A DNA stretch of 64,000 nucleotides from sequence record OV876900. One strand, written 5' to 3'. The position numbers were made by a program, and so were the translations under genes. Below, piece by piece: positions 17,103-27,533 of the stretch (position 1 is its first letter; each line of letters begins with the position of its first letter). This DNA comes from Escherichia phage UGKSEcP2. Below the pieces are notes generated by a model. That model ran no database searches and had not been told where the DNA came from. It was given only the letters and a program-made list of their open reading frames with translations.

Positions 17103-18815
17103 TTATGGATAGGTATAGATGATACCAGTTTCTAAAGCAGTTTTATGAATGATGTATCCATTACGTGATTCTTGAACATCAACTTCTGGATAGTCTTTCA
17201 TCATCTTCTGAAGAGTGTAACGATGCAGGTAGTATTTACTGTCTGGATCTTCAGTTTTCCAATCTTTACCTTCTTCGGTCATTTTTTGGATTTCATCCAT
17301 AACCCACCAACCGCACCAGATATAAGCTGAAGTACGATGTGGAAGAGGATGAACATAAGGCAATTCACCTTCTGGTTCCGGAGCAACTTTATCAGTTACC
17401 TGAACTTGGCCTGTTGCTTTAACTGTTTTACTATCATAGTCGGTTGCTGTAACGACAGCAGTAACTTCAATAGTTTGACTTCCAATAGATGAGGTGTCAA
17501 CGGTGTATACGTTAGTTGACCCTTCTACAGGAGAAGAATCTTTCTTCCATGAATAAGTAATTTGTGCTGCTTCAGGTGCTCCAGTAACATTAGCCGTAAA
17601 TGTAGCCGAAGCATCTTGCTGAACGTTAATAGAAGGAGGAGTCAATGTAACCTGTGGATTCATTGTCTTCTTATTAACTGTCAATGATACTTCATTAGAA
17701 GTAACTTCCTTTTCATTGTAATTTTCAGCCGTTACTTGGGCTACACACTTAACTGTTTTAGCTCCAACTGTGGTAGGAGTATAGTTAAATGTAGTAGTAG
17801 TTTCTCCATCGACCAGAGAACCGTCAACATACCACTGATACGTAGCAGACGCTCCTGGTGGCTGTGAAGCCAAGGCAGCAGTAAATTGAACTGGGGTTCC
17901 AATTACCCCGGCAGCAGGATTAGCAGGAGTTACGGCTAACGTAGTTGTCTGTGTTTTCTTATTAACTGTTAATGATACTTCATTAGAAGTAACTGTTTTT
18001 GCGTCATAATCTGTTGCTGTTACTTGCGCTACGCATTTAATTCTTTTTACTCCACTTGCAGTTGGAGTATAGCTAAATGTAGCAGAAGTCGCTTCACCAA
18101 TTTGAGAATCATCTACATACCACTGATACGTAGCAGATGCCCCATCAGGTTGAGAAGCTAAGGCAGCAGTAAATTCAACGGCTGTTCCAATCACTCCAGC
18201 TGGAGGACTATCAGGAGTTACTGCCAAGGTAGTCGTCTGCGTCTTTTTATTAACAGTCAATGATACTTCATTAGAAGTAACGCTTAGTGCATCATAATCT
18301 GCCGCAGTTACTTGAGCTACACACTTGATTTTTTTAACTCCGCTTGTGTCAGGAGTGTAATTGAATGTAGCGTCAGTTGCTTCGTCTACAGGAGAACCGT
18401 CAACGTGCCATTGATACGTAGCGTTTGCACCTGATGGCTGTGAAGCTAAGGCAGCGGTAAATTCAATTGGAGTTCCAATCACGCCAGCATCAGGGCTACC
18501 AGGAGTTACAGCTAAAGTAGTTGTTTGTGTCTTATTTTGAACTGTGATAGTTGTCGTAGTTTCTGCTGTTTCAGGTTCAGCTTCAGATTCTGGAACTGTA
18601 TTTGTTGCAACTACTTTAATAGTCTTTTGACCTGCAGGTCCTTTTAGTACATAGCTAAAAGTTGCTTCAGCTCCATCCTGTGGAACATTATCTACACTCC
18701 AAGCATAGGTAATAGTTCCACCTTCAGTTTGACCACTGGGTGTAGCAGTAAACTGCTTGGTTTCATCAATAACTCCTGTTGGGGTTTTAGGAGTTATATC
18801 AACTGTAAAAGTCAT
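17103..18815 (-). CDS. hoc: Hoc outer capsid decoration protein, extended form with three tandem Ig-like repeats
   Basis: 570 aa; N-terminus MTFTVDITPKTPTGVIDETKQF and C-terminal capsid-binding region match recalled T4 Hoc; three tandem 96-aa units between. Confidence 0.9.
   Translation of the reverse strand: MTFTVDITPKTPTGVIDETKQFTATPSGQTEGGTITYAWSVDNVPQDGAEATFSYVLKGPAGQKTIKVVATNTVPESEAEPETAETTTTITVQNKTQTTTLAVTPGSPDAGVIGTPIEFTAALASQPSGANATYQWHVDGSPVDEATDATFNYTPDTSGVKKIKCVAQVTAADYDALSVTSNEVSLTVNKKTQTTTLAVTPDSPPAGVIGTAVEFTAALASQPDGASATYQWYVDDSQIGEATSATFSYTPTASGVKRIKCVAQVTATDYDAKTVTSNEVSLTVNKKTQTTTLAVTPANPAAGVIGTPVQFTAALASQPPGASATYQWYVDGSLVDGETTTTFNYTPTTVGAKTVKCVAQVTAENYNEKEVTSNEVSLTVNKKTMNPQVTLTPPSINVQQDASATFTANVTGAPEAAQITYSWKKDSSPVEGSTNVYTVDTSSIGSQTIEVTAVVTATDYDSKTVKATGQVQVTDKVAPEPEGELPYVHPLPHRTSAYIWCGWWVMDEIQKMTEEGKDWKTEDPDSKYYLHRYTLQKMMKDYPEVDVQESRNGYIIHKTALETGIIYTYP
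17667..18530 (-). repeat. three tandem 288-bp direct repeats inside hoc, each encoding one 96-aa Ig-like unit
   Basis: Protein units TQTTTLAVTP...NEVSLTVNKK repeated three times; DNA unit boundaries at 18242/18243 and 17954/17955. Confidence 0.85.
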
Positions 18816-18824
18816 AAGTTATCC

Positions 18825-19505
18825 TTATTTTAATGTTACGAAAGAAGAATTGCGTGTTTCACGAATTAGAACTGATCCGTCACGATTAATGTAGTAAATT
18901 AAGCTAAATAAAGTTTGATGCGCAGACGCATGTTCAAAACTGGTTGGGCGAGATTTCCAATCTGGAGTTTCAGCAATCCATTGGTAAATCCACCAAGGAA
19001 CAGTGCAGAATCCTGGATTTTTTCCAATCAGCTGAAGATTTGGGCTAAAGTTTTCCGGAAGAGTAAATACAGACGGCTTTTCAGATTCAATAATCTCAGC
19101 TACAGCCTGCTCGAATTTTTCTTCAACAAAAGGAGTATCTTCAATCAAAACATCAGTATTTTCAGGAATTTTATCCATTTCTACTACTTCAATTTTAATG
19201 TCAGATTTAACCGGAGAATCAATCAGAAGTGCTGCCTCTGGATTGACTTCTTCATCGTCATATTTTAATCCGTCTGCGGCATCAGCAGCATCGATTAAGT
19301 CTTTAATAGATAACCCATCAGTCTCTGGCATAGGTTCACTAGCGAGCTTCTGGAGGGCTTCTTCAATATCATTAACGATATTATCAAAAGATTTATTCTT
19401 TTTGACCTTTATACCAAACTGTTCAGCATATTCAGCTAATTTAGCTTTAGCTTCTTTATTATCATCAAGAGCCTTCAGCTCTGCAATATAATCTTTATCT
19501 ATCAT
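18825..19505 (-). CDS. inh: inhibitor of prohead protease (Inh)
   Basis: 226 aa; position between hoc and uvsW as in T4. Confidence 0.7.
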   Translation of the reverse strand: MIDKDYIAELKALDDNKEAKAKLAEYAEQFGIKVKKNKSFDNIVNDIEEALQKLASEPMPETDGLSIKDLIDAADAADGLKYDDEEVNPEAALLIDSPVKSDIKIEVVEMDKIPENTDVLIEDTPFVEEKFEQAVAEIIESEKPSVFTLPENFSPNLQLIGKNPGFCTVPWWIYQWIAETPDWKSRPTSFEHASAHQTLFSLIYYINRDGSVLIRETRNSSFVTLK

Positions 19506-19518
19506 AATATTTCCTCAG

Positions 19519-19526
19519 TATAAATA
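19519..19526 (+). promoter_or_regulatory. late promoter TATAAATA for uvsW
   Basis: Exact TATAAATA about 30 nt upstream of ATG. Confidence 0.6.
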
Positions 19527-19555
19527 TAGATATATTTATTACATGGTATTTAGAC

Positions 19556-21067
19556 ATGACTGACATTAAAGTACATTTTTATGATTTTAGTCACGTGAGA
19601 ATTGATTGTGAAGAAAGTACATTTCATGAACTCCGTGATTTCTTTAGCTTTGAAGCTGATGGGTATCGTTTTAATCCGAAGTACAAATATGGTCACTGGG
19701 ATGGACGAATTCGTCTTTTAGATTATAATCGCCTTCTTCCATTCGGTTTAGTCGGGCAAATTAAAAAGTTCTGTGATAACTTTGGCTATAAAGTCTGGAT
19801 TGACCCGCAAATTAACGAAAAAGAAGAATTATCAAGAAAAGATTTTGATGAATGGCTTTCTAAATTAGAAATCTATTCAGGAAATAAAAGAATTGAACCG
19901 CATTGGTATCAAAAAGATGCAGTGTTCGAAGGATTAGTTAATCGTCGTAGAATTCTTAATCTTCCAACATCCGCAGGTAAATCTTTAATTCAAGCTTTGC
20001 TTGCTCGGTATTATTTGGAAAATTATGAAGGCAAAATTCTTATCATTGTTCCAACAACTGCTCTGACAACTCAAATGGCTGATGACTTTGTTGACTATCG
20101 TTTATTCAGTCATGCAATGATAAAGAAAATCGGCGGTGGAGCATCAAAAGATGATAAATATAAAAATGATGCACCAGTCGTTGTTGGTACATGGCAAACT
20201 GTAGTAAAACAACCAAAAGAATGGTTCTCACAGTTTGGAATGATGATGAATGATGAATGTCATCTTGCTACAGGAAAAAGTATTTCATCTATCATATCAG
20301 GTTTAAATAACTGTATGTTTAAATTTGGTTTGTCTGGTTCATTGCGCGATGGCAAAGCTAATATCATGCAGTATGTTGGAATGTTCGGTGAAATATTTAA
20401 GCCAGTAACGACCTCTAAATTAATGGAAGATGGACAAGTAACTGAGTTAAAAATTAATAGTATTTTTCTTCGCTATCCCGATGAGTTCACTACTAAATTA
20501 AAGGGAAAAACTTACCAAGAAGAAATAAAAATTATTACTGGGCTCAGTAAAAGAAATAAATGGATCGCTAAATTAGCTATTAAGCTTGCGCAAAAAGATG
20601 AAAATGCTTTTGTCATGTTTAAACACGTATCGCACGGTAAAGCTATTTTCGATTTAATTAAAAATGAATACGATAAAGTTTATTACGTATCAGGGGAAGT
20701 TGATACCGAAACCCGCAATGTAATGAAAACCTTAGCTGAAAACGGTAAAGGAATAATTATAGTAGCTAGTTATGGTGTATTTTCTACTGGTATTTCAGTT
20801 AAAAATCTGCATCACGTTGTTTTAGCACACGGTGTTAAATCTAAAATTATTGTATTGCAAACAATAGGTCGCGTATTACGTAAGCATGGTTCTAAAACAA
20901 TCGCAACAGTCTGGGACCTCATAGATGATTGCGGTGTTAAGCCAAAATCTGCTAATACGAAAAAGAAATACGTTCATTTGAACTATCTTTTAAAACACGG
21001 CATTGATCGTATTCAGCGCTACGCAGATGAAAAATTTAATTACGTAATGAAAACAGTTAATTTATAA
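19556..21067 (+). CDS. uvsW: UvsW RNA-DNA / DNA helicase
   Basis: 503 aa; helicase motifs (NLPTSAGKS Walker A, DECH box); matches recalled T4 UvsW. Confidence 0.93.
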   Translation: MTDIKVHFYDFSHVRIDCEESTFHELRDFFSFEADGYRFNPKYKYGHWDGRIRLLDYNRLLPFGLVGQIKKFCDNFGYKVWIDPQINEKEELSRKDFDEWLSKLEIYSGNKRIEPHWYQKDAVFEGLVNRRRILNLPTSAGKSLIQALLARYYLENYEGKILIIVPTTALTTQMADDFVDYRLFSHAMIKKIGGGASKDDKYKNDAPVVVGTWQTVVKQPKEWFSQFGMMMNDECHLATGKSISSIISGLNNCMFKFGLSGSLRDGKANIMQYVGMFGEIFKPVTTSKLMEDGQVTELKINSIFLRYPDEFTTKLKGKTYQEEIKIITGLSKRNKWIAKLAIKLAQKDENAFVMFKHVSHGKAIFDLIKNEYDKVYYVSGEVDTETRNVMKTLAENGKGIIIVASYGVFSTGISVKNLHHVVLAHGVKSKIIVLQTIGRVLRKHGSKTIATVWDLIDDCGVKPKSANTKKKYVHLNYLLKHGIDRIQRYADEKFNYVMKTVNL

Positions 21068-21092
21068 GGGCTTCGGCCCTTTGGAGAAAAAG

Positions 21093-21323
21093 ATGTTACT
21101 AGAATTTAAACAATTTCTTTATGAAGCTTCTATTGATGAATTTATGGGTAAAATTGCCTCTTGTCAAACAATAGAAGGTCTAGAAGAACTTGAAGCTTAT
21201 TATAAGAAAAGAGTTAAAGAAACTGAATTAAAAGATACTGATGACATCTCAGTCAGAGATGCTTTGGCAGGAAAAAGAGCTGAATTAGAAGATTCAGACG
21301 ATGAAGTAGAAGAAAACTTTTAA
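21093..21323 (+). CDS. uvsW.1: UvsW.1 small acidic protein
   Basis: Track start is TTG at 21081; ATG at 21093 with GGAG 6 nt upstream gives 76 aa. Confidence 0.7.
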   Translation: MLLEFKQFLYEASIDEFMGKIASCQTIEGLEELEAYYKKRVKETELKDTDDISVRDALAGKRAELEDSDDEVEENF

Positions 21324-21378
21324 ATTAAAAAAGGCCCAACCAAAAAGGAAGGGCCAAAACTATAGACTAAAGGTCACA

Positions 21379-21546
21379 CTATAGCAAAAGTTGTGTTTCA
21401 TTTAATTGTTCTTCCGAACTTTCTGAAACTGGTAGTTCTTTAATGTAATTATAACAAGGCCCAGGATGTACAGGACCTTTGTCTGTTTCAACAACCAATG
21501 CAGAATCGATTGGAGTTTTACAGACAACACAAATCTTATCTGACAT
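21379..21546 (-). CDS. small Cys-containing protein (CxxC...C), 55 aa; position of T4 uvsY.-2
   Basis: Not in ORF track (below 60 aa); ATG 21546-21544 to TAG 21381-21379; translation MSDKICVVCKTPIDSALVVETDKGPVHPGPCYNYIKELPVSESSEEQLNETQLLL. Confidence 0.5.
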   Translation of the reverse strand: MSDKICVVCKTPIDSALVVETDKGPVHPGPCYNYIKELPVSESSEEQLNETQLLL

Positions 21547-21574
21547 GATTGTCTCCTCTAAATTATATATCTAT

Positions 21575-21799
21575 TTATATAACTCTCATATGCATATCAA
21601 TGCCCATATCTTTGGAATAAAAATATTCATCAAGATATCCGGCAAATTTTCCTTTAACATAAAGTACATCTTCACCACATGGATGATCGGCCAGGATACG
21701 AATATCCTGACGCTTGAGATTATACTTTTTCATTAAGAATTGAATTTCCGTTTCGAATTCTTCTTCATAATTAAAAGCATCATCAATGCTATATTTCAT
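21575..21799 (-). CDS. hypothetical protein (position of T4 uvsY.-1)
   Basis: 74 aa ATG ORF; its start overlaps the uvsY stop by 1 nt. Confidence 0.65.
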   Translation of the reverse strand: MKYSIDDAFNYEEEFETEIQFLMKKYNLKRQDIRILADHPCGEDVLYVKGKFAGYLDEYFYSKDMGIDMHMRVI

Positions 21800-22212
21800 T
21801 ATTTTCCAGCCTCAAATGCTCGCATGTCTTGAATATGCTTAATAGCAAATCCGCGTGATTTAATAGCATCAAGAGCTCCGCTACAGAAATCCAATAAAAT
21901 TCCCCAATACTGCAATGAAGTATCAACTTTTAAAACATCCTTATCAGCTGATAGAACTGTCTTCATTTCTGATTTCTCATAACGGTCCATACTAAATTCA
22001 TCACCATCTCCTCGTCCCGAGTAGTAGTCTAATTTAGCTTTAAGAGCAACTTTTTTCTGTGCTTCAATTCTAAGCATTTCCTTTTTAATACTTGAATGCT
22101 TATTGAGCCATTTACTATATAACATCACATTATTAGCTGCTTCATACTGTAATTTAGTCGAATCTATAAACACATCTTTCTTCAATTCTTCTTGAAGATC
22201 TTCTAATCTCAT
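21799..22212 (-). CDS. uvsY: UvsY recombination mediator
   Basis: 137 aa, T4 UvsY length; MotA-box middle promoter upstream. Confidence 0.9.
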   Translation of the reverse strand: MRLEDLQEELKKDVFIDSTKLQYEAANNVMLYSKWLNKHSSIKKEMLRIEAQKKVALKAKLDYYSGRGDGDEFSMDRYEKSEMKTVLSADKDVLKVDTSLQYWGILLDFCSGALDAIKSRGFAIKHIQDMRAFEAGK

Positions 22213-22252
22213 ATTGTTCTCTATTCAATTGTTATTGGATGGACTTAGATTC

Positions 22253-22278
22253 ATTATACCACGTTTATACGTGAAGCA
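22253..22278 (-). promoter_or_regulatory. MotA-dependent middle promoter for uvsY
   Basis: Minus-strand TGCTTCA (MotA box) followed 13 nt later by TATAAT, about 40 nt upstream of uvsY ATG. Confidence 0.6.
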
Positions 22279-22677
22279 TTATACTCTGTTACTGGAAGCC
22301 AGTTGTAGTTTTATCTGCTCAATATCATCAGGGTTATCGATGACTGAAAAGCGTATTTCTACTATCAGAGTATAATCATCATAAACCGGTATTACATTAA
22401 CTGCTAATTTATCAATACGTGGCTCGTAGTTTCTTACTGCGCTTTCAATGTTACGCTCAACAGTATCAGCAGTAAGAGGAGTCATATTCTCAAAAAGCTG
22501 ATCAGATAAATCGCATCCAAATTCTGGGTCAAATGGCCTTGACCCTTTCCTGGTTGTAATAATTCCTAAAAGGCTATTTTTAATTGACCTTAATCCAAGA
22601 GATCTTGAAACATCTTTGTCCCAATCCATTTTCATTTCTGGGTCAATGTCAGAATAAAGCTTATTAATATTTGCCAT
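22279..22677 (-). CDS. 25: baseplate wedge protein gp25
   Basis: 132 aa, T4 gp25 length; coupled to gene 26 stop. Confidence 0.92.
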   Translation of the reverse strand: MANINKLYSDIDPEMKMDWDKDVSRSLGLRSIKNSLLGIITTRKGSRPFDPEFGCDLSDQLFENMTPLTADTVERNIESAVRNYEPRIDKLAVNVIPVYDDYTLIVEIRFSVIDNPDDIEQIKLQLASSNRV

Positions 22678-23303
22678 TACAATAGCTCAAAGAATTCTTT
22701 GAGTCCTCTTATTACATGAGCGTGAGTTTTTCCACACTCTGGACACTTAATTGGAACAGCCAAATAAACAGTAGGCTTTAAAAGCATATCTTTTATAGCT
22801 ACAATATCTGGCTCTGTGATGATAGAATATAAATCTTCCAGTTCTTTTTCATTTAAGTCTTCAACTGGAATGCTTTCACCGTTAGCATGAATCGTTTCTA
22901 TGCATGATACTATCATGTGGGCTATATTTTTATCATCAAAAATTTTAGGGTAATGGAACTTAATTTTAATGTCACCCAGTGTATACCAGAGGTCTTCTGG
23001 TGCATCTATTTGTGTATGTAATAGATTTATATGGGTTGGTATTTCAGTTCCACAGGTGCACTTCCAGGAGTTTTCATGATTAACTTCTCCAAGAGAATGC
23101 GCCCATAAATGAATCAGCAGTAGTTCTGATTCTTGACGGTTTAAATCTTTTGCATTTGTGCATTCTTTGATTAGCTTTTTAACGATCTCTTCTACTGAAC
23201 CGTTCTTTTTAGCAGTAATAAGCTCTAGATATTCTTTAAGAGTAAATGCGCGACAGTTGATTATTTTAGAACCAACTCTCACATCAAATTTGTATTCATA
23301 CAT
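22677..23303 (-). CDS. 26: baseplate hub protein gp26
   Basis: 208 aa, T4 gp26 length; divergent from gene 51. Confidence 0.9.
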   Translation of the reverse strand: MYEYKFDVRVGSKIINCRAFTLKEYLELITAKKNGSVEEIVKKLIKECTNAKDLNRQESELLLIHLWAHSLGEVNHENSWKCTCGTEIPTHINLLHTQIDAPEDLWYTLGDIKIKFHYPKIFDDKNIAHMIVSCIETIHANGESIPVEDLNEKELEDLYSIITEPDIVAIKDMLLKPTVYLAVPIKCPECGKTHAHVIRGLKEFFELL

Positions 23304-23324
23304 ATTTAGCTCCTTTATTTATCA

Positions 23325-23336
23325 TATTTATAAATA
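23325..23336. promoter_or_regulatory. overlapping divergent late promoters for genes 26 (minus) and 51 (plus)
   Basis: Palindrome-like tatttataaata contains TATAAATA on both strands. Confidence 0.6.
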
Positions 23337-23353
23337 GAATAAAAGGAGCATCT

Positions 23354-24106
23354 ATGGCAAACATTATTCGTTGTAAATTACCAGATGGTGTTCATCGTTT
23401 TAAACCATTTACGGTAGAAGATTATCGAGATTTTTTGTTAGTTCGAAACGATATAGAACATCGGTCACCACAAGAACAAAAAGAAATAATTGCTGATTTA
23501 ATTGCCGATTATTTTGGAGACTATCCGAAGACTTGGCAACCATTTATATTTTTGCAGGTATTTGTAGGGTCAATAGGTAAAACTAAAGTACCGGTCACAT
23601 TTGTATGTCCAAAATGCAAAAAAGAAAAGACAGTTCCATTTGAAATATATCAAAAAGAATTAAAGGAACCTATTTTTGACGTAGCTAATGTTAGAATTAA
23701 ATTAAATTTTCCTTCTGAGTTTTATGAAAATAAAGCAAAGATGATTACTGAAAATATTCATTCTGTTCAAGTAGATGAAATATGGTATGATTGGAAGGAA
23801 ATTAGTGAATCAAGTCAAATAGAACTTGTTGACGCCATTGAGATAGAAACATTAGAAAAAATTCTCGATGCAATGAATCCTATTAATTTAACACTGCATA
23901 TGTCGTGTTGTAATAAGTATGTAAAAAAATACACTGATATAGTAGATGTGTTTAAGCTATTAGTTAATCCAGATGAGATATTTACTTTTTATCAAATTAA
24001 TCACACACTTGTAAAAAGTAATTATAGCTTAAATTCAATAATGAAAATGATTCCTGCTGAGCGCGGATTCGTATTAAAACTGATTGAGAAGGATAAACAA
24101 CAATGA
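23354..24106 (+). CDS. 51: baseplate hub assembly catalyst gp51
   Basis: 250 aa; synteny 26/51/27/28/29. Confidence 0.9.
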   Translation: MANIIRCKLPDGVHRFKPFTVEDYRDFLLVRNDIEHRSPQEQKEIIADLIADYFGDYPKTWQPFIFLQVFVGSIGKTKVPVTFVCPKCKKEKTVPFEIYQKELKEPIFDVANVRIKLNFPSEFYENKAKMITENIHSVQVDEIWYDWKEISESSQIELVDAIEIETLEKILDAMNPINLTLHMSCCNKYVKKYTDIVDVFKLLVNPDEIFTFYQINHTLVKSNYSLNSIMKMIPAERGFVLKLIEKDKQQ

Positions 24107-25278
24107 GTATGTTGCAACGCCCCGGATATCCAAATCTCAGCGTTAAATTATTTGAGAGTTATGACGCTTGGAGTAATAATAGATTTGTTGAATTAGCTGC
24201 TACTATTACCACATTAACTATGCGGGATTCTCTTTATGGTCGAAATGAAGGAATGCTGCAGTTTTATGATTCTAAAAATATCCATACAAAAATGGATGGA
24301 AATGAAATAATTCAGATTTCTGTAGCTAATGCAAACGATATTAATAATGTTAAAACACGAATTTATGGATGTAAGCACTTTTCCGTATCGGTAGATTCAA
24401 AGGGTGATAACATCATTGCTATTGAATTGGGAACTATTCATTCTATAGAAAATCTTAAATTTGGCAGACCGTTTTTCTCTGATGCAGGTGAATCTATAAA
24501 GGAAATGCTTGGTGTCATTTATCAGGATCGCACGTTATTAACTCCAGCAATAAATGCTATAAATGCTTATGTTCCTGATATTCCATGGACTAGCACATTT
24601 GAAAACTATTTGTCGTATGTCAGAGAAGTTGCTCTAGCTGTAGGAAGTGACAAATTTGTATTTGTATGGCAAGACATCATGGGAGTTAACATGATGGACT
24701 ATGATATGATGATAAATCAAGAACCGTATCCAATGATTGTCGGTGAGCCATCTTTAATAGGTCAATTTGTTCAAGAATTAAAATATCCATTAGCATATGA
24801 TTTCGTTTGGTTGACTAAATCGAATCCTCATAAACGCGACCCAATGAAAAATGCTACTATCTATGCGCATTCATTTTTAGATTCTTCATTGCCAATGATT
24901 ACTACAGGAAAGGGCGAAAACTCTATTGTAGTGTCAAGGTCAGGTGCTTATTCTGAAATGACTTATAGGAATGGATATGAAGAAGCTATTCGTCTTCAAA
25001 CTATGGCGCAATATGACGGCTATGCTAAATGTTCTACTGTCGGTAATTTTAACTTGACTCCTGGCGTTAAAATTATTTTTAATGATAGTAAAAACCAATT
25101 TAAAACAGAATTTTACGTTGATGAAGTTATCCATGAATTATCCAATAATAATTCAGTAACTCATCTATATATGTTCACTAATGCAACGAAACTGGAAACA
25201 ATAGACCCAGTTAAGGTTAAAAATGAATTTAAATCTGATACTACCACTGAAGAAAGTAGTTCTTCCAATAAGCAATAA
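24103..25278 (+). CDS. 27: baseplate hub protein gp27
   Basis: 391 aa, T4 gp27 length. Confidence 0.92.
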   Translation: MSMLQRPGYPNLSVKLFESYDAWSNNRFVELAATITTLTMRDSLYGRNEGMLQFYDSKNIHTKMDGNEIIQISVANANDINNVKTRIYGCKHFSVSVDSKGDNIIAIELGTIHSIENLKFGRPFFSDAGESIKEMLGVIYQDRTLLTPAINAINAYVPDIPWTSTFENYLSYVREVALAVGSDKFVFVWQDIMGVNMMDYDMMINQEPYPMIVGEPSLIGQFVQELKYPLAYDFVWLTKSNPHKRDPMKNATIYAHSFLDSSLPMITTGKGENSIVVSRSGAYSEMTYRNGYEEAIRLQTMAQYDGYAKCSTVGNFNLTPGVKIIFNDSKNQFKTEFYVDEVIHELSNNNSVTHLYMFTNATKLETIDPVKVKNEFKSDTTTEESSSSNKQ

Positions 25279-25756
25279 AGAAGTTTCTATTCCTAAAATG
25301 GGTCTTAAACATTATAACATTTTAAAAGATGTTAAAGGTCCTGATGAAAATTTAAAACTTCTTATTGATTCTATTTGTCCGAATTTATCACCAGCAGAAG
25401 TTGATTTCGTTTCCATTCATTTATTGGAATTTAATGGAAAGATTAAATCCCGTAAAGAAATAGATGGTTATACTTATGACATTAATGATGTTTATGTGTG
25501 CCAAAGATTAGAATTTCAATACCAAGGAAATACATTTTATTTTAGACCTCCTGGAAAATTTGAGCAATTTTTGACAGTAAGCGATATGTTATCTAAATGC
25601 TTGCTTAAGGTCAATGATGAAGTTAAAGAAATTAATTTTCTTGAGATGCCAGCATTTGTATTAAAATGGGCAAATGATATTTCTACAACTTTAGCAATTC
25701 CTGGCCCTAATGGTCCAATAACTGGAATTGGCAATATTATTGGATTATTTGAATGA
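25223..25756 (+). CDS. 28: baseplate hub distal protein gp28
   Basis: 177 aa; overlaps end of gene 27 in another frame. Confidence 0.88.
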   Translation: MNLNLILPLKKVVLPISNKEVSIPKMGLKHYNILKDVKGPDENLKLLIDSICPNLSPAEVDFVSIHLLEFNGKIKSRKEIDGYTYDINDVYVCQRLEFQYQGNTFYFRPPGKFEQFLTVSDMLSKCLLKVNDEVKEINFLEMPAFVLKWANDISTTLAIPGPNGPITGIGNIIGLFE

Positions 25757-27525
25757 AAAAGCCACAAGAAATGCAAACGATGCGTAGAAAAGTTATTTCA
25801 GATAATAAACCAGTTCAGGAAGCGGCTAAATCCGCTTCTAACACTTTATCTGGGCTTAATGACATTTCTACAAAATTGGATGATGCTCAAGCTGCTTCTG
25901 AATTAATAGCTCAAACCGTTGAAGAAAAATCGAATGAAATAATTGGAGCAATTGACAATGTAGAAAGCGCAGTGAGTGATACTACTGCTGGTTCTGAGTT
26001 AATTGCTGAAACTGTAGAAATTGGCAACAATATTAATAAAGAAATTGGCGAATCGCTCGGAAGTAAATTAGATAAATTAACGAGTTTACTAGAGCAAAAA
26101 ATTCAAACAGCTGGAATTCAACAGACAGGAACCAGCTTAGCTGTAGTCGAAAGTGCTATTCCCGTTAAAGTTGTTGAGGATGATACAGCTGAATTTGTTG
26201 GTCCATTATTACCAGCTCCTGAAGCAGTTAATAATGATCCTGACGCTGATTTTTTCCCTGCCCCTCAACCAGTTGAACCTAAGCGAGAGTCACCGGAAGA
26301 AAAACAGAAAAAAGAAGCATTTAATTTAAAATTATCTCAAGCTTTAGATAAATTAACAAAGACTGTTGATTTTGGATTTAAAAAATCCATTTCAATTACT
26401 GATAAAATATCAAGCATGCTATTTAAGTATACTGTCAGTGCTGCTATTGAAGCTGCTAAAATGGTTGCATTAATAATGGCTGTTGTTATTGGAATAGACC
26501 TACTGATGGTTCATTTTAAATATTGGTCAGATAAATTTTCAAAAGCCTGGGATTTGTTTAGCACTGATTTTAAAACTTTTTCAAGCGAAACCGGAACTTG
26601 GGGTCCTTTATTACAGAGCATCTTTGAATCTATTGATGAAATTAAAAAGTTCTGGGAAGCGGGAGATTGGGGCGGTTTGACGGTAGCTATTGTAGAAGGG
26701 CTTGGAAAGGTTCTTTATAATTTAGGAGAACTTATTCAGCTTGGAATGGCTAAATTATCAGCAGCAATTCTTCGAGTTATTCCTGGTATGAAAGATACTG
26801 CTGACGAAGTAGAAGGAAGAGCACTGGAAAATTTCCAAAATTCTACTGGAGCATCTCTCAATAAAGAAGACCAGGAAAAAGTTGCGAATTATCAAGATAA
26901 ACGAATGAATGGAGACCTTGGTCCGATAGCAGAAGGACTAGACAAAATTGCGAACTGGAAAACTCGTGCATCTAACTGGATTCGTGGTGTTGATAATAAA
27001 GAAGCATTGACAACTGATGAAGAACGCGCAGCAGAAGAAGAAAAATTAAAGCAGCTTTCACCAGAAGAAAGAAAAAATGCTTTAATGAAGGCTAATGAAG
27101 CCCGTGCCGCGATGATTCGTTTTGAAAAATATGCTGATTCAGCTGATATGAGTAAAGACTCAACGGTTAAATCAGTTGAAGCTGCCTATGAAGACCTTAA
27201 AAAACGGATGGATGACCCGGATTTAAATAATTCACCGGCAGTTAAAAAAGAACTTGCTGCTAGATTTTCTAAAATTGATGCTACTTATCAAGAGCTCAAG
27301 AAAAATCAGCCTAATGCCAAACCTGAAACTTCTGCTAAATCGCCAGAAGCAAAACAAGTCCAGGTAATAGAAAAGAACAAAGCACAGCAAGCTCCTGTTC
27401 AACAAGCATCTCCTTCAATCAATAATACTAATAATGTTATTAAGAAAAATACTGTCGTTCATAATATGACACCCGTAACGAGCACAACTGCTCCTGGTGT
27501 ATTTGGCGCGACTGGAGTTAATTAA
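25753..27525 (+). CDS. 29: baseplate hub / tail length determinator gp29
   Basis: 590 aa, T4 gp29 length. Confidence 0.92.
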   Translation: MKKPQEMQTMRRKVISDNKPVQEAAKSASNTLSGLNDISTKLDDAQAASELIAQTVEEKSNEIIGAIDNVESAVSDTTAGSELIAETVEIGNNINKEIGESLGSKLDKLTSLLEQKIQTAGIQQTGTSLAVVESAIPVKVVEDDTAEFVGPLLPAPEAVNNDPDADFFPAPQPVEPKRESPEEKQKKEAFNLKLSQALDKLTKTVDFGFKKSISITDKISSMLFKYTVSAAIEAAKMVALIMAVVIGIDLLMVHFKYWSDKFSKAWDLFSTDFKTFSSETGTWGPLLQSIFESIDEIKKFWEAGDWGGLTVAIVEGLGKVLYNLGELIQLGMAKLSAAILRVIPGMKDTADEVEGRALENFQNSTGASLNKEDQEKVANYQDKRMNGDLGPIAEGLDKIANWKTRASNWIRGVDNKEALTTDEERAAEEEKLKQLSPEERKNALMKANEARAAMIRFEKYADSADMSKDSTVKSVEAAYEDLKKRMDDPDLNNSPAVKKELAARFSKIDATYQELKKNQPNAKPETSAKSPEAKQVQVIEKNKAQQAPVQQASPSINNTNNVIKKNTVVHNMTPVTSTTAPGVFGATGVN

Positions 27526-27533
27526 GGAATAAT

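Noticed and set aside
17667-18530. Possible CRISPR-like or satellite repeat array
   Set aside because: The repeats are 288 bp, in frame and coding (Ig-like units of Hoc), with no short spacers; not a CRISPR array.
18915-19491. Two plus-strand ORFs (117 and 97 aa) inside inh
   Set aside because: Antisense to inh; no promoter or RBS; composition artefact.
21479-21736. 85-aa plus-strand ORF
   Set aside because: Overlaps two coupled minus-strand genes in the uvsY operon; no RBS; hydrophobic low-complexity translation.
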